A stretch of DNA of 64,000 bases from an uncultured Bacteroidota bacterium (GCA_963714955.1 CAVQQJ010000007.1:37917-101916); one strand, 5' to 3'. Numbered from the stretch's first letter, positions 38,903 to 49,589 are shown. Numbers and translations: made by a program. The notes: generated from the sequence alone by a model not told the origin.

Positions 38903-40699
38903 ATGAGCTGCGTGTCAGGATCCCTCATAGCTCAGAAAAAATATCTTGCCCATGACGACTCTGGGGAAACAGTTGTCCAGGCAGTTAAAGATTATTCGGA
39001 GGAGGATAATCTATTCTCAAAGCTCGTAAAGTCAGTTCTCGTTCAAGATGATGAACTAGTACATACTATTGCATTTGATCCCGACAGGAAAAAAATAAGG
39101 CAGTATACCGGAAAATTTATCAGGAAAATCGATATTGAAGTTCTTGACGTATTTGGCGGGTCTGTCGATCATCCAAAAGACTCCGTCCGCAGTTGGCTGG
39201 AAGAGACAGGAAATTCCGTCCATTTGAAAACAAGAGAATGGATTATTAAAGACATGCTCCTCTTTACTGAAGGAGATAAACTTGTTCCTTTTGATGTTAA
39301 AGAAAGTGAAAGGATAATTCGACTGAGCCCTTATGTGTATGATGTTCGGATCATTCCCCAAAAAATAAAGAACAATGCGGATAGTGTTGACGTTATGGTA
39401 TATGTCCAAGACAAATGGACTATTAATGGGAGTGTTTCATTCCAGCCGAGTCAAATGGACGGAAGCGTTTCATTGAGCGACCTGAACTTTCTTGGATTCG
39501 GAAATGAATTCAAGGGTGGACTTGCGGTCGATCATAACCTCCCCCGGGGATGGGACTGGAATGCCAGCTACTCCATTAATAATATTGAAAGGACGTTCCT
39601 TTCCTCGACGGTGAATTATGCGTCGGATCAGATTCACGAACAGTATGGTATTTCCATCGGCAGGGATTTTTTCTCGCCGATCATTGATTGGGCGGGGGGA
39701 TTCGCACAGAATTGGGTAAACACCAGATATCCCGAGTATTTAAATTCGTCAGGATTAGTGGAAACCGTCCGATATAACCAGCAAGATTACTGGCTAGGCT
39801 ATGCGTTCGATTTTTGGAAGGTCGATACAACGAAAGAAAATCAGAACAAATTCAATATAGCGGGGAGAATTACCAGAACTGTATATAGTCAGAAACCTAT
39901 TCAGGATTCAGTCGATTTATTCCAGAACAATACATTTTTTCTAGGTCGCATTGGATTTGCTAGTAGAACATATTATGAAGATCAATATGTCTTCGGTCTT
40001 GGTGTGACAGAGGATATTCCGTTAGTCCAGATGATAGCACTTCTTTTCGGTTTTGATGAAGGTTCAAATTCCAGTAGACCGTATTATGGAATAAAAACTG
40101 GTTATAGTCTTCGCGATGATTCACTCGGTTATCTGTATGGAGGGTTTCAGTTTGGAGCGTTCCAGAGCCAGGGGAAATGGCTAAATCGCAGTGCCCTTCT
40201 GGACTTTTTGTATTTTTCAAATCTCAATGCCGTCGGTAGTTGGAAATGGAGGTATTACATTGGAAGCAGTTATTCATATAGCTTTGACCCGCTTAACCCG
40301 CAGGATGTCTTGAACGTTAATAATGGAAACGGACTCAGAGGATTTTCAGACAACTATTTAATAGGAACGAAGAAACAGCTGCTGAGTTATGAAGGCGATT
40401 TTTTTTCTCCATTAAAACTCGTCGGTTTTAAGCTCGCGGTCATCATGTTCGCCGATTTTGGAATGATCTCTTCAAACGATCGTTCGATCTTTACCAGTAA
40501 GGTTTTTCAAGGATACGGGGTTGGCTTTAGAATTCAAAATGAACATCTCATTTTCCCGTCGTTCCAGTTTATGTTTGGTTTTTACCCCAACATTTATCAG
40601 ACGGATGGGGTACACTATGCACTATTCCATGAAAGCGCAACCTATTATCAGTTCAACAAATTTCAATTTTCCAGCCCTACCATTGTTTCGGTGCAATGA
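38903..40699 (+). CDS. Probable Omp85/BamA-TamA-family outer-membrane beta-barrel protein. The N-terminus is possibly clipped.
   Basis: 598 aa. POTRA-like segment (IRKIDIEVLDVFGG...YVYDVRIIPQ...VDVMVYVQDKWT), then beta-strand-rich sequence with many aromatic residues. In-frame upstream codons encode the tail of a signal peptide (LSTFIL) but are closed by a stop at 38849. Confidence 0.5.
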   Translation: MSCVSGSLIAQKKYLAHDDSGETVVQAVKDYSEEDNLFSKLVKSVLVQDDELVHTIAFDPDRKKIRQYTGKFIRKIDIEVLDVFGGSVDHPKDSVRSWLEETGNSVHLKTREWIIKDMLLFTEGDKLVPFDVKESERIIRLSPYVYDVRIIPQKIKNNADSVDVMVYVQDKWTINGSVSFQPSQMDGSVSLSDLNFLGFGNEFKGGLAVDHNLPRGWDWNASYSINNIERTFLSSTVNYASDQIHEQYGISIGRDFFSPIIDWAGGFAQNWVNTRYPEYLNSSGLVETVRYNQQDYWLGYAFDFWKVDTTKENQNKFNIAGRITRTVYSQKPIQDSVDLFQNNTFFLGRIGFASRTYYEDQYVFGLGVTEDIPLVQMIALLFGFDEGSNSSRPYYGIKTGYSLRDDSLGYLYGGFQFGAFQSQGKWLNRSALLDFLYFSNLNAVGSWKWRYYIGSSYSYSFDPLNPQDVLNVNNGNGLRGFSDNYLIGTKKQLLSYEGDFFSPLKLVGFKLAVIMFADFGMISSNDRSIFTSKVFQGYGVGFRIQNEHLIFPSFQFMFGFYPNIYQTDGVHYALFHESATYYQFNKFQFSSPTIVSVQ

Positions 40700-40704
40700 A
40701 ATCA

Positions 40705-40743
40705 GGAAAAGGATTAGCTACTTATTCATCCCTTCGGACGATT
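40705..40743 (+). repeat. Conserved 39-nt hairpin motif, copy 2
   Basis: GGAAAAGGATTAGCTACTTATTCATCCCTTCGGACGATT, starting 6 nt after the stop codon at 40699. Confidence 0.7.
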
Positions 40744-41362
40744 GTCTTCTTTTCCATCTTTCCGTAGCATAATTTATGGCTAATCCGATCCAATTCAAGC
40801 AATGAGATTCATTGCAAGACATACCAGAGTTTTTGGAAGAGCCTTCACTATCGTGTTTCTTCTCGCATGCTCAGGCTTTGCAACCATTTTGCAAATCTAT
40901 GCAAGTGAAGAATCTAAACACTGCGATGCCTCTGGCGACCAACCTGCCTGTCACGACAGGCAACTACCGCTGCCTGCAGCTCGCATGTTCGTCCACAACG
41001 TAGGCGACTGCCAGAAGAAAACAATAGTCGTTGGTATTGCTGTTTTTCAGTCATCGGAGGAAAAGAATCGCAAGGCGAAGAACGCTACAGCCCTTTCTTT
41101 GCTTGCCTCCACGTTTATTCTGCCTGCACCCTGTAACATCTTAAATTGTTCAAACTACTATTGTACAAATAGCATTTCTCCATCCTCCGTCGAGAAGTTC
41201 ATTCTCAACACAACACTCCTGATCTGATTCTCCACCAGCAACTTTTGCGTACCCAAGACGTGGATGAGCTCCACGTTCAGGTGACCGCATTCAAGGCTAT
41301 TGCGCTCTGGTTGAGATTCGTAGAGAAGAGGGAATAACCGAGCTAATTCGGAGGAGGTATTT

Positions 41363-41470
41363 GTGAGAAGGCAGTATGAACATTTGTGGGCTATCATCCT
41401 TGCAGGTGGTGACGGGGTTCAAATGCGCGTTGCACTTTCATTGCCGGTCGCAGCCGTCAACCGCCTTTGA
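41363..41470 (+). pseudogene. 35-codon stub resembling the N-terminus of a sugar-phosphate nucleotidyltransferase
   Basis: RBS GGAGGAGG, then VRRQYEHLWAIILAGGDGVQMR... (the LAGGxG motif), ending at a stop at 41468. Confidence 0.4.
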
Positions 41471-41507
41471 AAATTGACGGATATACTATCCGCCGGAGCA
41501 GAAGACA

Positions 41508-42509
41508 ATGATAGTGACCCCAGAAAGCAATCACCGAAATCGCAGCCATGCCATCGCATTAACTGGTGGGATGGCATTGATCGGAGTTGCTGCCGGTTGG
41601 CTTTGGTTTCCATTACTTCTCTCCTGCGGTCTGTGCCCGTTCATCTATTGGATGATTAGACGGCGTTGTCTTCGGCGATTGATGATTATGAAGCAGCGAT
41701 TGCCAACTTCATGGGAAGAGATACTTCAAACTCATGTAGCCTTTTTCCGAGCTCTGCAAGACCATGAGAAAGAGCGATTTCGACAGATGGTGAAAATTTT
41801 CCTGGATGAAGTCCGAATCACTGGTATCCGGACCGAGGTCGATGACACCATTCGCGTTCTCGTTGCGGCCAGCGCGGCGATCCCTATCTTCGGATTCCAT
41901 GATTGGGAATACCATCGGCTGGGTGAAGTGCTGGTCTACCCCGACTCGTTCGGAGAGGAATATGAAACTAATGGGAAGGCAGATAGTAACATTCTCGGCT
42001 TAGTAGGCTTGAAGCAATTACGGGGTGTGATGATCCTGTCCAAGCCTTCTCTCTTAGAGGGTTTCGATAGCTCTTCGAATAGGGATAATGTCGGTATTCA
42101 TGAGTTCACGCACCTGGTGGAGCAAGAGGAGATTGAACACGGTTTGCCTCCGGAGGTTCCGTGGCCGGCAGTGAAGCACTGGGTGAAGTACGTTGCGCGT
42201 GAACTTTCCAATTCATCTGAGAATAGCTCTTACATCCGCAGCTATGCATATACGAATGAGCATGAATTCTTTGCCGTGCTGGCGGAATATTTTTTCAAGT
42301 CGCCGGAGCTGCTCGAAAAAAAAGATCCGGAATTGTACGAGATGCTTCACGAGATGTTTCATCAAGACACATTGTCTTTGTTGAAACCGAGATCTGCACA
42401 TAGCCCGAGATTCGGTCGTAACGCTCCGTGTCCATGCGGGAGCGGGAAGAAGTATAAGCATTGCTGTTTGCTGAAGGCAAATCAAATGACAATGGCACAT
42501 GCGGCTTGA
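41508..42509 (+). CDS. MtfA-like (M90) zinc peptidase with a C-terminal SEC-C motif
   Basis: 333 aa. N-terminal TM segments. HEFTHLVE zinc motif, NEHEFFAVLAEYFF, and C-terminal CPCGSGKKYKHCC. Confidence 0.75.
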   Translation: MIVTPESNHRNRSHAIALTGGMALIGVAAGWLWFPLLLSCGLCPFIYWMIRRRCLRRLMIMKQRLPTSWEEILQTHVAFFRALQDHEKERFRQMVKIFLDEVRITGIRTEVDDTIRVLVAASAAIPIFGFHDWEYHRLGEVLVYPDSFGEEYETNGKADSNILGLVGLKQLRGVMILSKPSLLEGFDSSSNRDNVGIHEFTHLVEQEEIEHGLPPEVPWPAVKHWVKYVARELSNSSENSSYIRSYAYTNEHEFFAVLAEYFFKSPELLEKKDPELYEMLHEMFHQDTLSLLKPRSAHSPRFGRNAPCPCGSGKKYKHCCLLKANQMTMAHAA

Positions 42510-42607
42510 CAAAGAGTCCTCGGCTTCGGCCCAAGAATGAAGAGCTTTTTCAACTGATTGTTCAAAGCTTTAAAGAACTGACACAGTCCAAATCAAAGGA
42601 GGCAATA

Positions 42608-42970
42608 ATGCCTATCCAACTCAAAGAAGAAAATGAAGGGAACCTGCTTATAGTTCATGTTGCCGGCAAGCTGGCAAAGAAGGATTATGAGCGATTTGTT
42701 CCGGAGTTCGAAAGACTCGTACATCTGCACGGGAAGTTGAACCTTTTATTCGATATGACCGGGTTCCACGGTTGGACCGGAGGAGCGATGTGGGAGGACA
42801 TTAAGTTTGATGCGAAACACTTCAATGACATCGAACGGCTGGCTATTGTTGGCGACACAAAATGGGAGAAGGCGATGGCAGTCTTTTGTAAGCCGTTCAC
42901 TACGGCGAAAATCCTCTACTTCGAACATACTAAAGCCGCCGAAGCGCGGCAATGGCTTGCGGGGAAGTAA
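42608..42970 (+). CDS. STAS/SpoIIAA-like (DUF3478-type) protein
   Basis: 120 aa from the ATG at 42608, preceded by AAAGGAGG. LLFDMTGFHGWTGGAMWEDIKFDAKHFNDIERLAIVGD. Confidence 0.7.
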   Translation: MPIQLKEENEGNLLIVHVAGKLAKKDYERFVPEFERLVHLHGKLNLLFDMTGFHGWTGGAMWEDIKFDAKHFNDIERLAIVGDTKWEKAMAVFCKPFTTAKILYFEHTKAAEARQWLAGK

Positions 42971-43066
42971 GAAAATGGAAATAAACTTCATGCACCCATG
43001 AGTAGCTCTTAAGGTTATTGAGATTAAATTTTTCGGATTTTATTAATTGAGACATCTGAAAAATCG

Positions 43067-43130
43067 TCTCTCGCCAAGGCGCAAGGACTCCTTTTTTAAA
43101 TCATTTTGCGACTTTGCGTCTTCGCGTGAG
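43067..43130. repeat. GC-rich palindromic intergenic element (REP/BIME-like)
   Basis: Arms TCTCTCGCCAAGGCGCAAGGACTCC and TTTTGCGACTTTGCGTCTTCGCGTGAG. Confidence 0.6.
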
Positions 43131-43192
43131 TCATACTTTTGGAATTATTCAGAAGTCTCTAATTATAATAATCGAACATAGAAAGGAAGATT

Positions 43193-44891
43193 ATGAATAG
43201 GAACAATTCTTGCACTGCGATCCATCCATCGCATTTGGCTGCCGAAGTAGCTATAACAGAATTCCGCCATCTGGGTTTCGAATTGAAGGAGCTGGCGAGG
43301 GAATGGCCTTACCGTTCTGTGCTTTGCAGATGGGCCGCAATTTTGTTGATTGCTGCCGGAATGCAAATTCTGATATTCCAAACCTCACATGCAACGACAC
43401 CAAAAAATGATGCAAGAAGCGCGAAATCTACGGTCAAGAAAATTACGGACGGCGGCATCACGGCCGCTGTTGAAGACGAATTAGTATTCGAAAGTGGAGT
43501 CTATCCAAACGATGTGGATGTCAGCACCAGCCAGGGGATCGTCACTCTTTTTGGATCGGTGGACAACCTCCTTGCCAAAGGCCGGGCGTTGAAGATCGCC
43601 GAGAGCGTGCGGGGTGTGCTTGGGGTGATTGACCGGATCACAGTGTCGCCCATATCGCGTCCCGATGAAGATATCCGGAAGGACATCCTGATGGCGTTGC
43701 TGCAGGATCCTGCAACGGAATCATATCAGGTGGCAGTTTCGGTGCAAGACGAAGTTGCCAGGTTAACTGGCAGCGTTACTTCTTATACAGAAAAGGAATT
43801 GGTTGCTCGGATTGCCAGGGGCGTCAAGGGTGTCAAGGAAATCAAGAATGATATCACGATCAATGCTTTTGCAAAACGCACAGACGCGGAAATTCAGGCC
43901 GACATCAACGATCGCCTCGAATGGGACATCTGGATCAATGGAAACATGATCTACACGGTAGTAAGCAGTGGAAAGGTAACGCTGACCGGTTCTGTTGGAA
44001 GCGCGATCGGTAAATCACGTGCATATGACGATGCATGGGTCAGCGGAGTGACCTCCGTGGACTACAGCGGAGTGAAGGTCGATCCAAGGGATCGCAATGA
44101 TGAGCTTCGAAAATTAAAATATGCAATCAGGCCTGACAGCGCAATCAAAAAGGCAGTGAAGGCTGCACTTCGTCTTGACCCGCGCGTTTCGGCTTTTTCT
44201 CCTAATGTAACCGTCGAAGACGGATTGGTACACCTTCAGCGGAGTCGTCGGGAACTTGAAGGCGAAAATGTCCGCCGAACAGGATGCGAAAGACATCGTG
44301 AGCGTTTGGCTGGTCGAAAACTTTCTGAAGGTGAGGCCAAAGGAGCAACCCTCTGATGCGGACATGAAGAAGCAATTGACGGCAGCCCTATTCTGGGACC
44401 CCTTGCTGGATGGTTACGCTATCGAGGCCGCTGTCACAAACCGGATAGCGCGCCTCACAGGCTCGGTTGCTACGATTGTTCAAAAGGCCGAAGCAGAAGA
44501 TGTTGCTTCGCGGACAAAGGGAGTGTTGTTCGTGCATAACTCTATCAAGATTGAGCCGGAGTTTTCGGTCACCTACTCCGATTGGCCGGAGAGCTACGCT
44601 TACGACTGGCCTCATTTTTACCATTCACCTTTTGACGGCACCGAGATCTTTCAATCACAGCCATATCTAAGCGACGAGCAGATCAGAAAGAAGATCGAGG
44701 ACAAATTCTTCTGGAGCCCCTTCGTGGACAGAGGCGACATCATGGTCACCGTTAAAGGTGGTGTGGCAACCCTAACCGGCACTGTCGGGACCCGGATTGG
44801 GTGGAATGAAGCTAACAATGATGCCGAAAAGAGTGGTGCGATCGAGGTGTTGAACCGAATCACAGTCAAGAAAGGAGGTTGGCTCTGGTAG
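43193..44891 (+). pseudogene. Multi-BON-domain (OsmY-like) protein with a 1-nt insertion near 44237
   Basis: BON repeats (VDVSTSQGIVTLFGSVDNLLAKGRALKIAESVRGVLGVIDRITV, and others). Frame 2 reads ...VEDGLVHL. The following SGVVGNLKAKMSAEQDAKDIVSVWLVENFLKV continues in frame 0, to 44891. Confidence 0.75.
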
Positions 44892-45009
44892 GAGGCAACT
44901 TGGGGGCGTAAAATGAAAAGTGAAACTGAATTTCGTTGTAAACCGATTTACGTACAAAGTTATTCTAACGTGGGATCATTCATTCACATTTAATGAAAGG
45001 AACAAGACC

Positions 45010-45276
45010 ATGAAAGGACTGCGAAATATCGCGCTTATCCTTCTACTGGCAGGTTCTGCTGCAGTGTATTCCGGATGCAGCAGCGGGCCCAGCGCCGATG
45101 AACTGGCGCAGCTTGATCAGCTCAAATCCGAAGTAGAATCACTGAAGAAGGAAGTTGCTGCGAAAGAAGCCGAGAAGGCATCACTTGAAACACAAGTTAA
45201 ACAAAAGAAGGACGAGCTCGCTACCGCCGAGAATAATCAAAAGTTAACGCGGGAACGGCTCAATAGCCAGCATTGA
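45010..45276 (+). CDS. Small coiled-coil lipoprotein
   Basis: 88 aa. Lipobox AVYSGC. Heptad-rich sequence. Confidence 0.65.
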   Translation: MKGLRNIALILLLAGSAAVYSGCSSGPSADELAQLDQLKSEVESLKKEVAAKEAEKASLETQVKQKKDELATAENNQKLTRERLNSQH

Positions 45277-45308
45277 TCACACTACAACTAATAAGAGAGG
45301 AAAATATT

Positions 45309-46052
45309 ATGAAAACCCGAATTCTCACCCTCTTGGCTGTCCTTCTCGTTGTTGCGACTGTGTCAAGCGCACAGGAGAAACTTTCGAAAGAAGAATGGCA
45401 AAGACAAATGATCCAATACACAGCACAGCGAGACAGTCTTAAGGCTGAGCTGGCGACACTGACGAAAGATGTTGATGGTCTTCGTTCAACTCTCGCCAGC
45501 CTTGTGAAGCAAATCCAGGCGGTGAAAGACGAGACGATCGCATTGACGGGTGCAAGTGATGCGATGCAGAAAGATTTTGAAACCCGCTTGAAAGCCCTCG
45601 AAGATCGCGTTGCTGCGCTGCTCACCCTTTCCAATCAGGACCTCTATGCCCGCAGATTCGAAGTCGATTCCGTGCAGGCCGTGAAAGACAACATGATGAA
45701 GGAGCGCATTGCGGATGCGGAACGTTACTATCTGCGTCTTCAGAAAATTCAAAGCAATATCGACAATCTCCGTGCAACCCTTGCCACCGTTAAAACCGTG
45801 GCAGCGGAGGAACAGCATTATGTTGTGCGATCTTGGTCAAAGTACCACGATTGCCTTTGGAATATTTCAAAAAAGAAAGAAATCTATGACAACCCCTTCA
45901 TGTGGCCGAAGATCTGGCAAGCCAACAGAGATCAAATCAAAGACCCGGATATTATCCGGATCGGTGAACGCCTGAAGATCCCGGCCCCGGGCGACTTGAC
46001 AACTGCTGAGAAACGTGCGGAGCAAAAATATTGGAGTAAAAAGCACTCGTAG
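45309..46052 (+). CDS. Secreted coiled-coil protein with a C-terminal LysM domain
   Basis: 247 aa. Signal peptide. LysM-like HYVVRSWSKYHDCLWNISKK...IIRIGERLKIP. Confidence 0.75.
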   Translation: MKTRILTLLAVLLVVATVSSAQEKLSKEEWQRQMIQYTAQRDSLKAELATLTKDVDGLRSTLASLVKQIQAVKDETIALTGASDAMQKDFETRLKALEDRVAALLTLSNQDLYARRFEVDSVQAVKDNMMKERIADAERYYLRLQKIQSNIDNLRATLATVKTVAAEEQHYVVRSWSKYHDCLWNISKKKEIYDNPFMWPKIWQANRDQIKDPDIIRIGERLKIPAPGDLTTAEKRAEQKYWSKKHS

Positions 46053-46357
46053 CTCTTACGTCGGGAAGAAAGGGAAACCCTCCAATCATATACAAAAAGG
46101 GGGGTTCCTTTTCTCCCACAACTTCTGAAAGCTGCAATTCCGATGGCTCAAATGGCTTATTTGATATTCACTAAAAGATTTTTAAGTTACGTTTCAGGAA
46201 TAGAAGTTTGCCAACGTCACATTTGCCGCCGAGGATTGAATTAAAGCGATGGACAGTACAGCTGGTAGGAATTCTTCGATAAAATACTTTTGGCTGAGTC
46301 CAGCTCTAGTTCTTTTCTTTCGGAAGTCGCCCCGACAACGATAACTCTGGGACAAAT

Positions 46358-47659
46358 ATGATACATCCGATTTTGAAAAAGTTTCAGATCTTTCATGAAC
46401 GAGAAAGTCCGGAATCGGTAATTAGGAATATTGCGCAAGACGCAGTATTTCAGGGGACAAATCTTTGGATTCTGATCTTCGCAATATTGATAGCATCATT
46501 GGGGTTGAACATAAATTCAACCGCGGTCGTGATTGGCGCGATGCTCATTTCACCGTTGATGGGGCCGATCATGGGGATAGGTCTCGGAGTAGGAATAAAT
46601 GATCTTCAATTAGTCAAAACAGCGGCCAAAAACTATTTTCTTGCGGTGAGCATAGGTCTGGTCACCTCATCTGTATATTTTGCATTGACTCCTTTAAATG
46701 AAGCTTACTCCGAACTATTGGCGAGGACTGCTCCAACTATTTACGATGTTTTGATTGCACTATTCGGCGGATTCGCAGGTATCGTAGCCACATCGAGCAA
46801 GCAAAAGGGAAATGTGATTCCCGGCGTAGCGATTGCAACCGCTTTAATTCCACCGCTTTGCACTGCGGGCTACGGTGTTGCAACAATGAATGCGGAATAT
46901 TTCTTCGGGGCATTTTACCTTTTTACCATTAATACCGTTTTCATCGCCATTGCGACTCTTGTTACAGTCAAATTATTGCATTTTCCGCTGAAGCAATTAC
47001 AAGATAAAAGAAGCGAGATGCACTCTCGCAGAATAGTTGTTGCCATTACCATCTTGACACTCATTCCCAGTATTTACCTCGGATATCAGATGGTGCAGCA
47101 AAATAGATTCATCCATAGTGCAAACCTATTTATTAGGGTCAATTCATCCATAGAGGGTAACTATTTATTGAATAAGAGCATTGATTTTCACGAAAGAAAA
47201 ATAACTCTCATTTACGGGGGCAAGGATATACCTGAATCTAAAATCAATTCTATGAACGGGCAGTTAAGCGCGTTTGGTCTAAACCGAGTCACTCTTGAAG
47301 TAAAACAAGGTATTTCTATTTTAGATGAGAGCAAGGAGTCAGGCAGAATGGTCCAGCTTACACAGATGTTGGCCGAAAAGGAAAAAGAACTAATGGTATC
47401 CACAGCAACGACGGACAGCATCGCTTCGCAACGTTTGCTGGCCCAACAAATATTTAAAGAATTAAAGATTCAATACCCGGAAATTATATATTCAACAATT
47501 AGCCAGCCTTTTGAATACTATGACAACAAGGCAAATAATGTCCCATTGGTTTTAATAAAAGTTAAGAGATCTCTTTCAATCGCAAAGCAGAAGCGAATGA
47601 AAGAATGGTTAAAGACAAGGATGCAATCTGAAAAGATGAATGTCATAATAACAAAATAG
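46358..47659 (+). CDS. DUF389/TIGR00341-family membrane protein
   Basis: 433 aa. ISPLMGPIMGIGLGVG and several TM helices. Confidence 0.7.
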   Translation: MIHPILKKFQIFHERESPESVIRNIAQDAVFQGTNLWILIFAILIASLGLNINSTAVVIGAMLISPLMGPIMGIGLGVGINDLQLVKTAAKNYFLAVSIGLVTSSVYFALTPLNEAYSELLARTAPTIYDVLIALFGGFAGIVATSSKQKGNVIPGVAIATALIPPLCTAGYGVATMNAEYFFGAFYLFTINTVFIAIATLVTVKLLHFPLKQLQDKRSEMHSRRIVVAITILTLIPSIYLGYQMVQQNRFIHSANLFIRVNSSIEGNYLLNKSIDFHERKITLIYGGKDIPESKINSMNGQLSAFGLNRVTLEVKQGISILDESKESGRMVQLTQMLAEKEKELMVSTATTDSIASQRLLAQQIFKELKIQYPEIIYSTISQPFEYYDNKANNVPLVLIKVKRSLSIAKQKRMKEWLKTRMQSEKMNVIITK

Positions 47660-48285
47660 ATAGAAATGAATCTTATCTTATAATTGAGGGAATTTCGCAG
47701 TAGGTTAAGATTATCACGAATCGCTGCAAGTCTTCGAAAGGAATGGCTATTCGCGTCAGCGTAGCGCCGACAAAGCAAAATGCGAAGGGCATAATCCTGA
47801 CGGAAATCGAAATCTCGAAATAGTTAGAATACAGAGGAATAGTATACTTGCAAGACGCGCTAATCACGGATCGGCTGCAATTCGCATTTACAGTCTCTTC
47901 TTTTCACATTTAGCATGTTTTGTCAGATCACAATGCATCGAAGGCCTCGCAAGGAATTGCAATCACCTTAACGAAAACGAAATCGCTCAATACGTCGACG
48001 CCCTGGTATCGGACAAGCAGGATCAGTTCTCTCCGTAAATCTTGGCTTATGCGGAGGAGTGTTTGGAGCGTATGGTGGAGGTTATGGGGGTATTCAAGCT
48101 CTTGATTCCACTGTCAAGATCTCTGCCGCGAGATCATCATGCGTCGCATGAGGGCTTCGGAATGCTTTTTGGGGGAGGGGAGCATATGGTTTCAATCTAG
48201 AAATTTCCGTCATTGAGTACTACCGGCTTCATCCGCCTTTGGCGTGAGCTGAACGACATGTCAGGCGCCACGCGAATCATTGGAT

Positions 48286-49464
48286 TTAAATATGTTTACA
48301 GATTAGATCAATGTTCATTTCCGAAAGGCCACCTTCGATAAAATGCACATTTGCACGATCAGGGTAATTGTCCTTAGGGCGAACTATATCGACCACGAAC
48401 ATTTGTTTTTCGGAATCGGATAGGAAGTCTTTTTGCAGATAAGAATTTATCCTGGAATCTGCAAAGCCGTATCCAATAATGATTAAAATGTCTGATTCGA
48501 TTAGATTCGTCCGAAAATGTTTAATTACTGCAGAATAGTACGGTCCACGTTCATAACGGCTTACTTTGTGAAGCGTGCCTGCAAGAAAATCTGAAACAAC
48601 GTTCGATGATCGTTGTGAATATTGAAGTGTGCCATCCTTTAGAACTTCTTTGTGGATTTCACCGGGAAAAACACCCCAAGGAATTTTCAGAAGATCAGAT
48701 TTCTCGCCAAAGCTTGCCCAATAATTATCTATGCTTCCATGTAGTTTATAGAGACAGAACCGTTCTTTGTATGTGTCGGTGAACTCCCGAAGCCTGACCA
48801 TATAAGTGGAGAACTCATCAAACTTCTTTGCGTAGTATTGAGAGCCCAATTCTGTAAATCCGTCGTCTATATGCCCTTCAATAGCATCGCTAAGGGCAAG
48901 ACGCTCCATGTAGAGATCATGATTGAGAGTGTGAATATGAACTGTTGATTGTTTCCCGAGTTCTTCGAGAAGTAGAAGAAAATTCCTGTACCCAGGGTCG
49001 TAGGGTTTACACAGATGAGTCTGTTTCAAACGTCTTGTTAGAAGGTTAGCGAGAAGTTGGGTGAACGTATCGTTGAAATCCATAAGGAGATGATGAATAT
49101 CAGAGACCACGTTGTGTCGAACCCGAAATCCTTCAAGGAAATTTTGCAAGTCAGCAGAATATGTCTTGGTGTTGTAGGCAGAAATATAGTAATCGTAAAA
49201 AGTTTCATAATGAAATGAGCCGGCAGATTTCAAGACATTCTGACTATAAAATAGGAGAAACTCGTGCACGAATTTTCTTTCTTGTTCTCCCGTAAATGAC
49301 GTGTTTGGGTCAGCCTTTCGATTTAAAAACCACGCTTCACGGTTCGTGTGTACACCAATCTCAGAGGCATCAATCTTTCCTAGTTTAGCATTTATTTCTG
49401 CCGTTGTCGGGTAGCCCGCCGGTACTGAAAATCCAGACCCTAATAAGAATGACGCTTTGTTCAT
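48286..49464 (-). CDS. SIR2-like domain (SIR2_2-type) protein, stand-alone
   Basis: 392 aa. N-terminal FLLGSGFSVPAGYPT and distal ILIIIGYGFADSRIN are typical of the SIR2_2 fold. Confidence 0.65.
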   Translation of the reverse strand: MNKASFLLGSGFSVPAGYPTTAEINAKLGKIDASEIGVHTNREAWFLNRKADPNTSFTGEQERKFVHEFLLFYSQNVLKSAGSFHYETFYDYYISAYNTKTYSADLQNFLEGFRVRHNVVSDIHHLLMDFNDTFTQLLANLLTRRLKQTHLCKPYDPGYRNFLLLLEELGKQSTVHIHTLNHDLYMERLALSDAIEGHIDDGFTELGSQYYAKKFDEFSTYMVRLREFTDTYKERFCLYKLHGSIDNYWASFGEKSDLLKIPWGVFPGEIHKEVLKDGTLQYSQRSSNVVSDFLAGTLHKVSRYERGPYYSAVIKHFRTNLIESDILIIIGYGFADSRINSYLQKDFLSDSEKQMFVVDIVRPKDNYPDRANVHFIEGGLSEMNIDLICKHI

Positions 49465-49483
49465 GGGAAAACTCTCGATTGAC

Positions 49484-49569
49484 GGCTAACGAACCTTCGA
49501 TTGCCCTCTGCGATTCGAAGAGTCGTAGACTCGTGTAGCGGCGACGTGCAGTCAGACAGGCTTAGCGCC
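49484..49569 (-). repeat. attC-like intergenic repeat, an outlying copy upstream of the SIR2-like gene
   Basis: GGCTAACGAACCTTCGATTGC...GCGATTCGAAG, GAGTCGTAGACTC, GCGGCGACGTGC, ...CTTAGCGCC. Confidence 0.5.
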
Positions 49570-49589
49570 TGTTTTGAGCCTGAGCGCCA

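Noticed and set aside
40802-41227. 141-aa plus-strand Cys-rich ORF
   Set aside because: There are no recognisable motifs. It may be real but I cannot support it.
47660-48285. Non-coding gap containing a fragment that translates to HLNENEIAQYVDALVSDKQ (anti-sigma or zf-HC2-like N-terminus)
   Set aside because: It is a single short fragment without an ORF, so it is noted only as a possible relic.
19311-49569. The attC-like blocks M2 and M3 read as a -35/-10 pair of an ECF-type promoter (GTCGCC ... CGTTAG)
   Set aside because: The spacing between the two blocks ranges from about 4 to 50 nt among copies. A fixed promoter geometry cannot accommodate that.
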